Counted from the first letter of the stretch, positions 16,557-24,379 are shown. The stretch: 64,000 bases of DNA from an uncultured Gammaproteobacteria bacterium (GCA_964583685.1 CAZOVJ010000001.1:196033-260032), one strand, 5' to 3'. Numbers and translations: made by a program. The notes: generated from the letters alone by a model not told the origin.

Positions 16557-18305
16557 TTAGACTGTTTCCCCTCGATAGGCTAATAGTTTTTCTTCAGTTA
16601 GGCCAGGAATTCCAAGATCCTTGGCTTTTTTTTTCTTGAAAAACCCATGGAGACAGAAGATTTTAACTAAATTAGACTGGTCTTGGCGTACAGTTTGAGA
16701 TTGAATAAACTCAGAAAGAATAAAATCTTCAAGCGGACGAGTAAAGTCTTCTGCTTTCCAGGCTTTAATAATATCTAATAGATCACCAATTGAAAGAGTG
16801 GCTTTCTCCAAACTGGCCCCAATCCCTCGACTGGCATCGGCCCCTTCTCCCATAAAGTCAGTTTTCTCGCCAGTAAAGACATCTTGGACAAGTTTAGCCG
16901 CTTGACAGAAATTTTTTAAATCTTCTAAGTCCGTTTGACGATTACCTATTCTTAAAGCTCCCTGGCGATCAATTAGTCCCGCCAGTAAAATATCATGAGT
17001 CTCATTGAGAGGTAAATATGTGACTTCTGTTTGCCAATAACGGCGTAAAAAGGCAGGGTCAAGTTTTTCACGGAAATATTTGCGGGAGCGGATATTACCA
17101 GTTGCCATGACAATAAAGCCTTTAGGGATTAGAATTTCCTCATCGCCATTTTCTTGAATGGTAATCGTGTCTCCGGGACGACGAGTCAGAAGATCTTGAA
17201 TTCTACCAATAATCGAATGAGGAACAAGATCTATCTCATCAATCAGAAGAGGTATTCCTTCTCGTAAGGCTTTGGTAGCTGGTCCGTCTTCAAAATGACT
17301 CCCATTAGGTCCCAGTTGAGTTTTGCCAAGAAGATCATAATGGGTTGCATCCTCAGAACCTGAGAAGAGCTTAGGATCTGCACCAAAAAGCTTACGGGAA
17401 ACATAGCGCGCAGTTTCGGTCTTGCCTGTTCCTGTGTGTCCCCAAAGTAGGATTGGCTTACCTTGACGGACTCGGGCAGCAAGTTTGTTTACCAGCTCTT
17501 CGATTTGAGGTGTTTCCACAAATCCCTTTTTAAGTTGCCTTCTAAATTTAGTTAGCTCTCGTCGTTTTTCTTCGACTAGGAGTTCAGGGTTTTTTTCGAG
17601 AGTAATTATTCGTGCTTTTGCGGCAGCGATGCGTTTATTGTTTCGAGATAAAAACTCCTCATCAGGCTGAGAAAATCCTTTCTCCTGCCGCCTTAAAATT
17701 AATTCAGCATTTGCCTGACTTAGGCTTTCTACCCTTTTTCGCAAATACTCAATTTCTCTCGCTTTTTGAATAATCCTCACTTTCTTGGCAAATTTTTCCC
17801 GATAACGTTCAACTACCTGAGGGTAGGCAACAAGAGTCTTAATCTGAGTTTGTACTATGGTTAGTCGATCGCTTAATTCATGGACTAGCTCTTCTGGCTT
17901 CTCTCTTATCGCCTGGACAGCTCCTCCCTCAGCAATGGCTGCCAATTCTTCTTCTAAAGAACGTTTCTCCCCTTTTCTTTGTAATCGTTCCTCCTCTCTT
18001 CGTTCTGCCTCTAGATTTGCAATGGCTGCCAATTCTTCTTGTTCAATGGCTGCCAATTCTTTTTCTAAAGTAGGTTTCTCATTTTTTTCTTGTAACCCTT
18101 CCTGCTCTCTTCGTTCTACCACTAAATCTGCTTCTTGATTAAGGAGGGAGTGTAGATGAACCTGTTCCAAGGCTAAATTTGCCAGTTGGTCACAAAACTC
18201 GGCCACCTGTTCATTAGATAGCTTTTCTCTGCTAGGCACAATCTCGGAATGCTCACGGAGAGTTATATCGGCTATATTTAGAGACACAAGCTTTTTTTCA
18301 ATCAT
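16557..18305 (-). CDS. MoxR-like (AAA_5) AAA+ ATPase with ~290-aa N-terminal coiled-coil/repeat extension
   Basis: 582 aa; Walker A 'LLWGHTGTGKTE', Walker B 'LLIDEIDL', sensor 'VMATGN', Arg-finger region 'LDPAFLRR'; N-terminal heptad-rich region with internal 29-aa repeats. Confidence 0.8.
   Translation of the reverse strand: MIEKKLVSLNIADITLREHSEIVPSREKLSNEQVAEFCDQLANLALEQVHLHSLLNQEADLVVERREQEGLQEKNEKPTLEKELAAIEQEELAAIANLEAERREEERLQRKGEKRSLEEELAAIAEGGAVQAIREKPEELVHELSDRLTIVQTQIKTLVAYPQVVERYREKFAKKVRIIQKAREIEYLRKRVESLSQANAELILRRQEKGFSQPDEEFLSRNNKRIAAAKARIITLEKNPELLVEEKRRELTKFRRQLKKGFVETPQIEELVNKLAARVRQGKPILLWGHTGTGKTETARYVSRKLFGADPKLFSGSEDATHYDLLGKTQLGPNGSHFEDGPATKALREGIPLLIDEIDLVPHSIIGRIQDLLTRRPGDTITIQENGDEEILIPKGFIVMATGNIRSRKYFREKLDPAFLRRYWQTEVTYLPLNETHDILLAGLIDRQGALRIGNRQTDLEDLKNFCQAAKLVQDVFTGEKTDFMGEGADASRGIGASLEKATLSIGDLLDIIKAWKAEDFTRPLEDFILSEFIQSQTVRQDQSNLVKIFCLHGFFKKKKAKDLGIPGLTEEKLLAYRGETV
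17931..18131. repeat. intragenic ~87-bp tandem repeat (about 2.3 copies) within the AAA+ ATPase coiled-coil region
   Basis: 'GCAATGGCTGCCAATTCTTCTT...' recurs at 17931, 18019 and 18046; encodes repeated 'LE[KE]ELAAI...ERREEERLQRKGEKRS' units. Confidence 0.7.
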
Positions 18306-18447
18306 GATGGCTATTTTAGCTGAAAAAGAAACAAAAACGCAATTTTTTCCCGATGAGTTGTCACAATTGTTGTTAAAATTAACAATTTTTGATAAAATTG
18401 GTTTGAACTATTTTATGGATGGCCGATCAACCCAAGATTTGTTTTTA

Positions 18448-18627
18448 GTGGGTGTAGTACAATGGTAGTACACCTTCCTTCCCCGCCTGCAAGTGCTATG
18501 CGGGATTAGTTGAGTGGTATAACAGCTCCCTTCCAAGGAGCAAACACGGGTTCGATTCCCGTATCCCGCTCAGCTAGCATTGCGGGCAGGCAAGGAGGAT
18601 ATGGCAGTTCGATTCTGCTCACCCGCT
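18448..18627 (+). other. split/interrupted tRNA-Gly(TCC)-like gene: 5' half (18448-18482) and 3' half (18592-18627) separated by a 109-bp insert that contains an intact tRNA-Gly
   Basis: Outer halves pair as a full cloverleaf: acceptor GTGGGTG/CACCCGC, D-arm GTAC-AATGGTA-GTAC, anticodon stem CCTTC/GGAGG with loop CTTCC|AA, T-arm GGCAG-TTCGATT-CTGCT; break is between positions 36 and 37. Confidence 0.5.
18500..18573 (+). tRNA. tRNA-Gly(TCC) (inner, intact)
   Basis: Acceptor GCGGGAT/ATCCCGC, anticodon stem GCTCC/GGAGC loop CTTCCAA, T-arm CGGGTTCGATTCCCG. Confidence 0.8.
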
Positions 18628-18631
18628 CACC

Positions 18632-18895
18632 ATGACCAGCGCCGACGACATTCAAAAACAACATGACGTTTTAATTCCGGAGAAAGATGAAAGAACTCAG
18701 GAAGAGATAGGTGAAGAATCAGCTCTTGGTTCATCACCGGTTCCAACCTCAGATGATGATACTGGAGAAGTACTTGAAGGTGTAATTGGCAATGAACCGG
18801 AACCTGGAAAGCCGTTTACTATTGCAAAGGAAGTTGAAAAGGACGAAAAGGCACGGAGAGATGTGCCGAAAGGCTTGGACGAAGAGGGCAAGTAG
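18632..18895 (+). CDS. hypothetical acidic protein
   Basis: 87 aa ORF rich in D/E; no domain recognised. Confidence 0.35.
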   Translation: MTSADDIQKQHDVLIPEKDERTQEEIGEESALGSSPVPTSDDDTGEVLEGVIGNEPEPGKPFTIAKEVEKDEKARRDVPKGLDEEGK

Positions 18896-18912
18896 GATAT
18901 AATTAGAGACTT

Positions 18913-18985
18913 GGTGGTTGTAGCTCAATGGCAGAGCGTCCCCCTGTGGAGGGGAAGGCTGCGGGTTCGAATCCCGTCAACCACC
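18913..18985 (+). tRNA. tRNA-His(GTG) with G(-1)
   Basis: Extra 5' G, acceptor GTGGTTG/CAACCAC, anticodon stem TCCCC/GGGGA loop CTGTGGA, T-arm GCGGGTTCGAATCCCGT, discriminator C. Confidence 0.8.
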
Positions 18986-19020
18986 CATCGTGTTATAATA
19001 TGAATAAATAACTTATTAAT

Positions 19021-19491
19021 ATGGAAGGTGAAAGATTAAGCGACACAGAAAGGAAAAGGAGAGATGGGATAAGACAAGTAACCGGGTTAATTAATGATGC
19101 TGAAGTTGTTTCAAGATTAGTGCGTAGTAGGTCTGATAAATTAGATTTTATTGGACGAACTGGTACAGGATCTGGTTCATACGCACGTCGAGGAATATTA
19201 CTTGCTAAAGTTCCTGAACGAAGCGGACGTAGAGATGGGATAAATTTGGTGGTCACAGAGAACGGTGTTAGGCAGATTATAATCGGTTCTGATTGGGCTA
19301 GCGGCTCTACTGTTGTACATTTCCCAGATGATATAGTTCCTGATAGACTATTCGAGCAAGGAGAGTGTCTCGGAGATGTTAGCGCTGAAGATTTTCGGAA
19401 TAATGTAGTAAATAAATTGAGTAAATTTTCTGAAGAGGGTGGGGATGAGTTACAAAATGTTATGGAACAATTAAGAGATTTGAAAATATAG
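19021..19491 (+). CDS. hypothetical protein
   Basis: 156 aa ORF, no recognisable motif. Confidence 0.4.
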   Translation: MEGERLSDTERKRRDGIRQVTGLINDAEVVSRLVRSRSDKLDFIGRTGTGSGSYARRGILLAKVPERSGRRDGINLVVTENGVRQIIIGSDWASGSTVVHFPDDIVPDRLFEQGECLGDVSAEDFRNNVVNKLSKFSEEGGDELQNVMEQLRDLKI

Positions 19492-19781
19492 GTGAACTTT
19501 GTAAATTTGATTTTCTGCGGGTAAGGAGGAATACGATAGGTTTAGGTGAATCGTTGGCAATACCAATTATATTAGTATTGATCGGAGGGGCAATTTACTT
19601 AACCATAAAGGCTGGGAGACCGAATAAAACAGGTTAAGTAGAAAAGAACATAACCCCTATTAGAAAACACGTCTTGACTGAGCAAGTAAAAATCATAATT
19701 CAAGCAAGCCAAGGCGCTTTTTTATTGGAGAAAATAATTAGCTAAAAACAATTTTTCCTTATCTCCAGAAGTTATGAAATA

Positions 19782-19810
19782 AGTTCTAACGTCGTTCGGT
19801 AAGTCACCCA
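19782..19810. repeat. S-type intergenic repeat copy 1 (AGTTCTAACGTCGTTCGGTAAGTCACCC)
   Basis: Near-identical copies at 20417-20445 and 22408-22436; degenerate variants at 21781-21809 and 2767-2785; inverted partial copy at 22861-22892. Confidence 0.7.
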
Positions 19811-19844
19811 CAGAATATCCGTATTATTGGGTTTTCTTAGATAT

Positions 19845-19882
19845 AGTTCCCGACAAAGTTTACTAATCCCTGCAATTCAGCC
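19845..19882. repeat. R-type intergenic repeat copy 1 (AGTTCC[TC]GACAAAGTTTACTA[GA]CCCCTGCAATT[TC]AGC)
   Basis: Further copies at 20302-20340, 23811-23856, 24894-24932, 26919-26978, 27643-27692, 28485-28518; each lies between convergent or tandem small genes. Confidence 0.75.
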
Positions 19883-20224
19883 AAATAACTTTCTTAATAT
19901 CTTTTTAGTCCTAGTTCCTGCTCTCCAACCACGTCCAATATCAGAACCCAAATTTCCCAATTGTTCATCATCCATACGACGAATATCTCCAATTGTCACC
20001 TCTTCATGACTGCCAGGTAGCCAGTTGCAACCTCCTAAAATTCTTATAATAGCTGCTCTTTGTCCCTTTGTTAAATTTGCTTTCTCGAGTGTATTTGTAA
20101 ACTCTTCGTTATTACTTACAGATATAAGTGAAGTTTCTTCAGGAAGATTAACTCGAGGAATTCTACTCACATAATCTCTTGTACCACCAAGTGTTTCTAT
20201 AAGTCTTTCCCTTATTGTTGGCAT
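19877..20224 (-). CDS. hypothetical protein
   Basis: 115 aa ORF; no motif. Confidence 0.35.
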   Translation of the reverse strand: MPTIRERLIETLGGTRDYVSRIPRVNLPEETSLISVSNNEEFTNTLEKANLTKGQRAAIIRILGGCNWLPGSHEEVTIGDIRRMDDEQLGNLGSDIGRGWRAGTRTKKILRKLFG

Positions 20225-20301
20225 TTAATCACCCCATAAGAGCAGGTATAATCAAGCACATTATAATTGAGCGTAAGTAAATTTACAAATTCCATGGCAA
20301 T

Positions 20302-20340
20302 AGTTTTTCTGACAAAGTTTACTAGACCTTGTTTGCAACA
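20302..20340. repeat. R-type intergenic repeat copy 2
   Basis: AGTTTTTCTGACAAAGTTTACTAGACCTTG... Confidence 0.65.
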
Positions 20341-20416
20341 CGCATTGAATTACTTCTGAAATTTTCAAGAAGGAGTAGTTTCTTTAATATCTCGTAGCCT
20401 CCAGACGCCTTGTAAT

Positions 20417-20445
20417 GAGTTCTAACGTCGTTCGGTAAGTCACCC
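20417..20445. repeat. S-type intergenic repeat copy 2
   Basis: GAGTTCTAACGTCGTTCGGTAAGTCACCCC, identical core to copy 1. Confidence 0.7.
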
Positions 20446-20514
20446 CAACCGGACATAATTGAAGATACTTCATTATGCCCCATATTGTTGCGGTGTTTTG
20501 GGTTCGAGCCGATA

Positions 20515-20931
20515 TTAATCCCAAAAATAAAACTTTCTAGTGAATATTATTCTGTCTACAAAAGCAGCAAGTAATACTCCCAGTCCATACATTACATAAT
20601 CTATAGGGTCAAACACTCTTGCTAATGCATAAATACCAAAGTATTGTAAGGTTTCAGAAGTAGCAGTTAGAGCAAATATTGCTGCGGATTTCTTCCACAA
20701 AGTATTCAAATATCTACTCTTATTGCCCTTAATTGATAGCAAGAAATAAAACCCAAAAGGGAGGAATATATCGGCAAAGTAACTATGGAAAAGGATGTAA
20801 ACAGAACGACTTGCCCACCCTGCTCCAATAATAAAAAATGAAGCGATAATTAATTCTAAAACCACAACAAGAACAACTCTTTTATTTTGCTTATTCACGA
20901 GATAATTATAGCAAGATGCTATTTTTGACAT
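20515..20931 (-). CDS. hypothetical integral membrane protein
   Basis: 138 aa with ~4 hydrophobic helices. Confidence 0.45.
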   Translation of the reverse strand: MSKIASCYNYLVNKQNKRVVLVVVLELIIASFFIIGAGWASRSVYILFHSYFADIFLPFGFYFLLSIKGNKSRYLNTLWKKSAAIFALTATSETLQYFGIYALARVFDPIDYVMYGLGVLLAAFVDRIIFTRKFYFWD

Positions 20932-20955
20932 GTGATATGCGTAGATAATACGAAG

Positions 20956-21720
20956 CTACTCCTCAATCAATCCAGTACATCGCCAGTTGATTTCTGCGCT
21001 TTCATCTTCAGAAACTACACACGCTGGATTACATCCCGGTTTATCAATATCAAGATCTATCCACCAAGTTTTTGTGCTTTCGTTATAGATAGCAATATCT
21101 TTCAAGATGCCATTGCTGACACATTCGCTCGTTTCTGCGATTGACCTCGCTTTCTTTTCAGACATTGGGGTAGACTCAGAAACAACTAGTTCTTCAGATA
21201 ATGTGGAACAAATAAATCCAAGATCTCTACTTTCTTTTCTTGAATCATCACGAAGATATAATTCACACCCAATGTTGCCGAGCCTTAAAATACTTCTTTG
21301 TGTCCCCACCGGCCCACTTCCGACATTATACATATCATGCTCAAAACCTAACTCTCTTAAATAGATTTGGATTTCGCCGTGTTTATTTTTGAGTTCCATT
21401 TCATTGGTACCCAATCTTTCACCTATTATGTAGCCTTTAGCATCTAGTTTCAGCGTATCATTTTCTGTATTCCAAAGAATTGTGGCTCTAGAGTATTGAC
21501 TTCCCTGCCAATCAACAATTTTGTCTACACCATATAAAACAGTATCAATAGTGATTTCACCCTTATTTACTGGGGTTTCAGCATCTTTTTCCAAGCCCAC
21601 TTCCTGAGGAGTAGGAGTAGGTAAAGCTGTTTTATTCTCTTCAGAAGAACTTCTAATTGCTAGAAATGCTCCTCCTGCAATGATAACCAAGGCTATTCCT
21701 ATCAGCAAAGGCTTTTTCAT
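20956..21720 (-). CDS. hypothetical secreted protein (signal peptide)
   Basis: 254 aa; 'MKKPLLIGIALVIIAGGAFLAI' signal/anchor, Cys-containing C-terminal region. Confidence 0.5.
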   Translation of the reverse strand: MKKPLLIGIALVIIAGGAFLAIRSSSEENKTALPTPTPQEVGLEKDAETPVNKGEITIDTVLYGVDKIVDWQGSQYSRATILWNTENDTLKLDAKGYIIGERLGTNEMELKNKHGEIQIYLRELGFEHDMYNVGSGPVGTQRSILRLGNIGCELYLRDDSRKESRDLGFICSTLSEELVVSESTPMSEKKARSIAETSECVSNGILKDIAIYNESTKTWWIDLDIDKPGCNPACVVSEDESAEINWRCTGLIEE

Positions 21721-21824
21721 AATTGTCCAGATGCATTATAACACTTAAAAATTCTTTTTCTTTACTTTCTTGAAGGTAATAGGTTCGAACATCGTCTACT
21801 AGTCCACCCTCAAGCGTACATAAA

Positions 21825-21920
21825 CTGTTCTTTATACCCCGGATAAGCTTCTTGAAGTTTTATGAACAAGGCTAAATGTGGTTCAAAAGAAAAGTCGTTA
21901 TCCACCTATGGTATTTGATA
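21825..21920. repeat. ~95-bp direct repeat, copy 1 (second copy 22990-23085)
   Basis: '...TTATGAACAAGGCTAAATGTGGTTCAAAAGAAAAGT[CT]GTTATCCACC[TC]AT...' ~85% identical between copies. Confidence 0.7.
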
Positions 21921-21996
21921 GGCTTAATTATGTTCACCAAAGCTGTTTATGCAGGTTTATAATTATCTGCATTTATTCTGATATAATATTTTCACA

Positions 21997-22320
21997 ATGT
22001 CGCCAGAGAACGATGAAATTGAAGGAATAATTCCAGAAGCAGAAGAGTTTGTTAATGAGGTAAATCAAAGAAAAGATTTAGAAAATGATCCTATTTTTTC
22101 AGAACAGGAAGGTGGGGAGTATGGTCATGCTGTTCGTGGTCTTGCCCATTCAGCCATGCTATGTGCACTTAACCGGCATTCACCAGAATATCAGAGAAAT
22201 ATGTTAAAACAAAGAGTACAGGAAATTGTAACAAAGTTTGGCCCAAATATTATTCCCCTACTTCGTGATGAATTGAAGCTTGCACTATCTGAAGATGATC
22301 TGACACCAAAGGATACCTAG
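21997..22320 (+). CDS. hypothetical protein
   Basis: 107 aa ORF. Confidence 0.4.
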   Translation: MSPENDEIEGIIPEAEEFVNEVNQRKDLENDPIFSEQEGGEYGHAVRGLAHSAMLCALNRHSPEYQRNMLKQRVQEIVTKFGPNIIPLLRDELKLALSEDDLTPKDT

Positions 22321-22407
22321 ATCATTACATCACAAAGTTTAGTAGTTAATAATTGAAAAGATATTTTGATAACAAGATATGTTCCTTCTCCCCTGAAGTA
22401 ATGTAAT

Positions 22408-22436
22408 GAGTTCTAACGTCGTTCGGTAGACCACCC
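22408..22436. repeat. S-type intergenic repeat copy 3
   Basis: GAGTTCTAACGTCGTTCGGTAGACCACCCC. Confidence 0.65.
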
Positions 22437-22603
22437 CAGATTTTTAGCCTCGGAAATTATATAAAAGTATAGCAACCCTCTACCGGATTATAAACTTGTG
22501 TCGCCTGTTTGGTAAATGCTCTGTTACACTACTCACCTGAAAGGGTATAATACTAAGACGGAAAGGAGGTGCATACAGATTTAAGCTATAAATCTATAAT
22601 AAT

Positions 22604-22804
22604 ATGAACGGAAAAGTAAAAACAAAAACAGACAAAGGATTTGGATTCATTTCTCGAGAAGGAGAAGAAAAGGATCTTTTTTTCCACTCTAATGATTTGG
22701 AGGGTGTTTCTTTTGATGAACTTCAAGAAGGAGCAGAAGTTACGTTTGATGTAGAACAGGGCGAAAAAGGCCCAAGTGCAAAAAAGGTAAAACTTGCGAA
22801 ATAA
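22604..22804 (+). CDS. cold-shock protein (CspA family, OB-fold)
   Basis: 66 aa; 'MNGKVKTKTDKGFGFISREGEEKDLFFH' RNP1/RNP2 cold-shock motifs. Confidence 0.85.
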   Translation: MNGKVKTKTDKGFGFISREGEEKDLFFHSNDLEGVSFDELQEGAEVTFDVEQGEKGPSAKKVKLAK

Positions 22805-22989
22805 CATTCTTACAAAATAAAGGGTTCCAACAAGGTACAAATAAATTCACGCTGGAGAGAGGTGGGTTATTGTTTTAGTTAGAACGATCCCAAAACATAC
22901 GCTCTCCTTCAGGAATATTGTAAATACTGAATGAAATCGAAGAACTCAGAATTTACAATTAACTAGCCCTTACTCAAACACAAGCAAAC

Positions 22990-23085
22990 TGCTCTTTATA
23001 CTCAGGATATGCCTCTTGGAGTTTCATGAACAAGGCTAAATGTGGTTCAAAAGAAAAGTTGTTATCCACCCATAGTATTTTGATG
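22990..23085. repeat. ~95-bp direct repeat, copy 2
   Basis: see copy 1 at 21825-21920. Confidence 0.7.
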
Positions 23086-23113
23086 TTAAAGAAACAATTA
23101 ACCTCGTTTCTTT

Positions 23114-23155
23114 AGAGGTTCGATTCCCTCCGCCCCTGCAATTTAGCCTCAAGAA
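23114..23155 (+). other. tRNA 3'-end-like remnant (T-arm GAGGTTCGATTCCCTCC + acceptor-like GCCCCTGCA) fused to the 3' half of an R repeat
   Basis: Canonical GGTTCGATTCC T-loop with no matching 5' tRNA half upstream; continues into '...CCCCTGCAATTTAGCCTCAAGAAG' shared with R repeats. Confidence 0.5.
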
Positions 23156-23775
23156 GCCCCAAGAGTATATTCTTTATATGGTTTATGGTTTTTCCACAAC
23201 CATATTGAAGCGACTGGTAATTTTTTGTTAGTCAATTTATCTTTTTCTATCACCTTCCAGGCTTTTTCAATATTTGCTGGACTAACATCATTATAAACAA
23301 GAGTGAAGTGTAATACATCCCTTTTTTCTTTATGTATTGGCGAAAACTCCCCCAGCCTCTCTTTAATTCTCAAAACAAGATTGTCGGCTTCATTGTTTTG
23401 GGCAAATGCAACAAAAATAGTAAAATCCTCTCCATAATCCCCCAACCTGGTTGAATTTAACACAAACGGCTTTGTAGCAGATGCAATTTCTTCCATTCGC
23501 TGTAGCACTTTCATTTCATCTCTCTCTTCTATCATTATTTTTTGTCCAAGTGCTATGTGTGGAAAGATCTCTGTTTCAACAGTCTCTCCGTCTCCTGGTA
23601 TAAAAAGTTTTCGTGGGTTCATTTGCTCTCTCACTCTCAAAACACGGTACACCACTTTATCTGTTTCTTTTCCATAAACCTCCTTAGCAAGCAGAGAGAG
23701 TTGCTCTTTTAGAGAATCTTCCATTTCACCAGAAAGGTGAATCTCTACACGATATTCAATTTCTTTTCCAGACAT
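23149..23775 (-). CDS. 2H phosphoesterase superfamily protein (LigT/2'-5' RNA ligase-like)
   Basis: 208 aa; two H-x-[TS]-x motifs ('HIAL', 'HFTL') spaced as in LigT. Confidence 0.55.
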   Translation of the reverse strand: MSGKEIEYRVEIHLSGEMEDSLKEQLSLLAKEVYGKETDKVVYRVLRVREQMNPRKLFIPGDGETVETEIFPHIALGQKIMIEERDEMKVLQRMEEIASATKPFVLNSTRLGDYGEDFTIFVAFAQNNEADNLVLRIKERLGEFSPIHKEKRDVLHFTLVYNDVSPANIEKAWKVIEKDKLTNKKLPVASIWLWKNHKPYKEYTLGAS

Positions 23776-23810
23776 AGTTATATTTTACATTAACCTGTGG
23801 ATATTCGTAT

Positions 23811-23856
23811 CTGAAGTAGTTCCTGACAAAGTTCACCAGCCCTTACTACACAGCTT
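23811..23856. repeat. R-type intergenic repeat copy 3
   Basis: CTGAAGTAGTTCCTGACAAAGTTCACCAGCCCTTACTAC... Confidence 0.65.
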
Positions 23857-23863
23857 TGAAGTG

Positions 23864-24226
23864 TTAATTTTTTATCTGAATCGTTTTTAATTTTTCAGTC
23901 TTCTCATTCTTTCTTTTAAATATCAAAAAATCTGGCTTGACTACTAAATTGGGTTTTTCAAAGGGTTTTCCGCTAATAGTTTTTACTTTCCCTTGTATCT
24001 GTAATGTTCCCTCTTTTGTTTGGCTATCAATAACTAAGCAAACGATTGAATTTTTCAACACATTTTTATACTTAAGCGACATTGGGTGCGTAGAAATGTA
24101 GATGTTCATTTCATCATCTGATGTATAGTTAACAGTAGCAGCCCAAGGTTTTTCGTCCTTACAAGTAGCAATTACACAATATTTATGAGTTTTTATCCAA
24201 TCTTTAATAAACGCTCTATCTTGCAT
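23864..24226 (-). CDS. pyridoxamine 5'-phosphate oxidase-like FMN-binding split-barrel protein
   Basis: 120 aa; 'HKYCVIATCKDEKPWAATVNY' PNPOx-like signature. Confidence 0.55.
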   Translation of the reverse strand: MQDRAFIKDWIKTHKYCVIATCKDEKPWAATVNYTSDDEMNIYISTHPMSLKYKNVLKNSIVCLVIDSQTKEGTLQIQGKVKTISGKPFEKPNLVVKPDFLIFKRKNEKTEKLKTIQIKN

Positions 24227-24379
24227 ATCTAAATTCTACATCAGAAGTACAATTGTAGTAAAAGAAGTTTCATAAAGCCCACTTAGCCCTTGGTTAAAAC
24301 ATAGGCCAGTTGAGGATTTAGGAATTCTTGGATTCTAATAACCTCCGAAGAGCCTATTTCGTGCCAGAAAGTTCGTAGT

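Noticed and set aside
12126-16639. Plus-strand ORFs 12126-12386, 12474-13181, 13665-13871, 15673-16011, 15794-16087, 16157-16339 and 16415-16639
   Set aside because: All are antisense to the paralogue genes and recur only because the sense-strand paralogues are repeated. Their composition is Ser/Pro-rich and low-complexity.
11432-18305. Prophage or transposon interpretation of the AAA+/VWA locus
   Set aside because: There are no integrase, transposase, terminal inverted repeats or phage structural genes. The genes are chromosomal-style with translational coupling.
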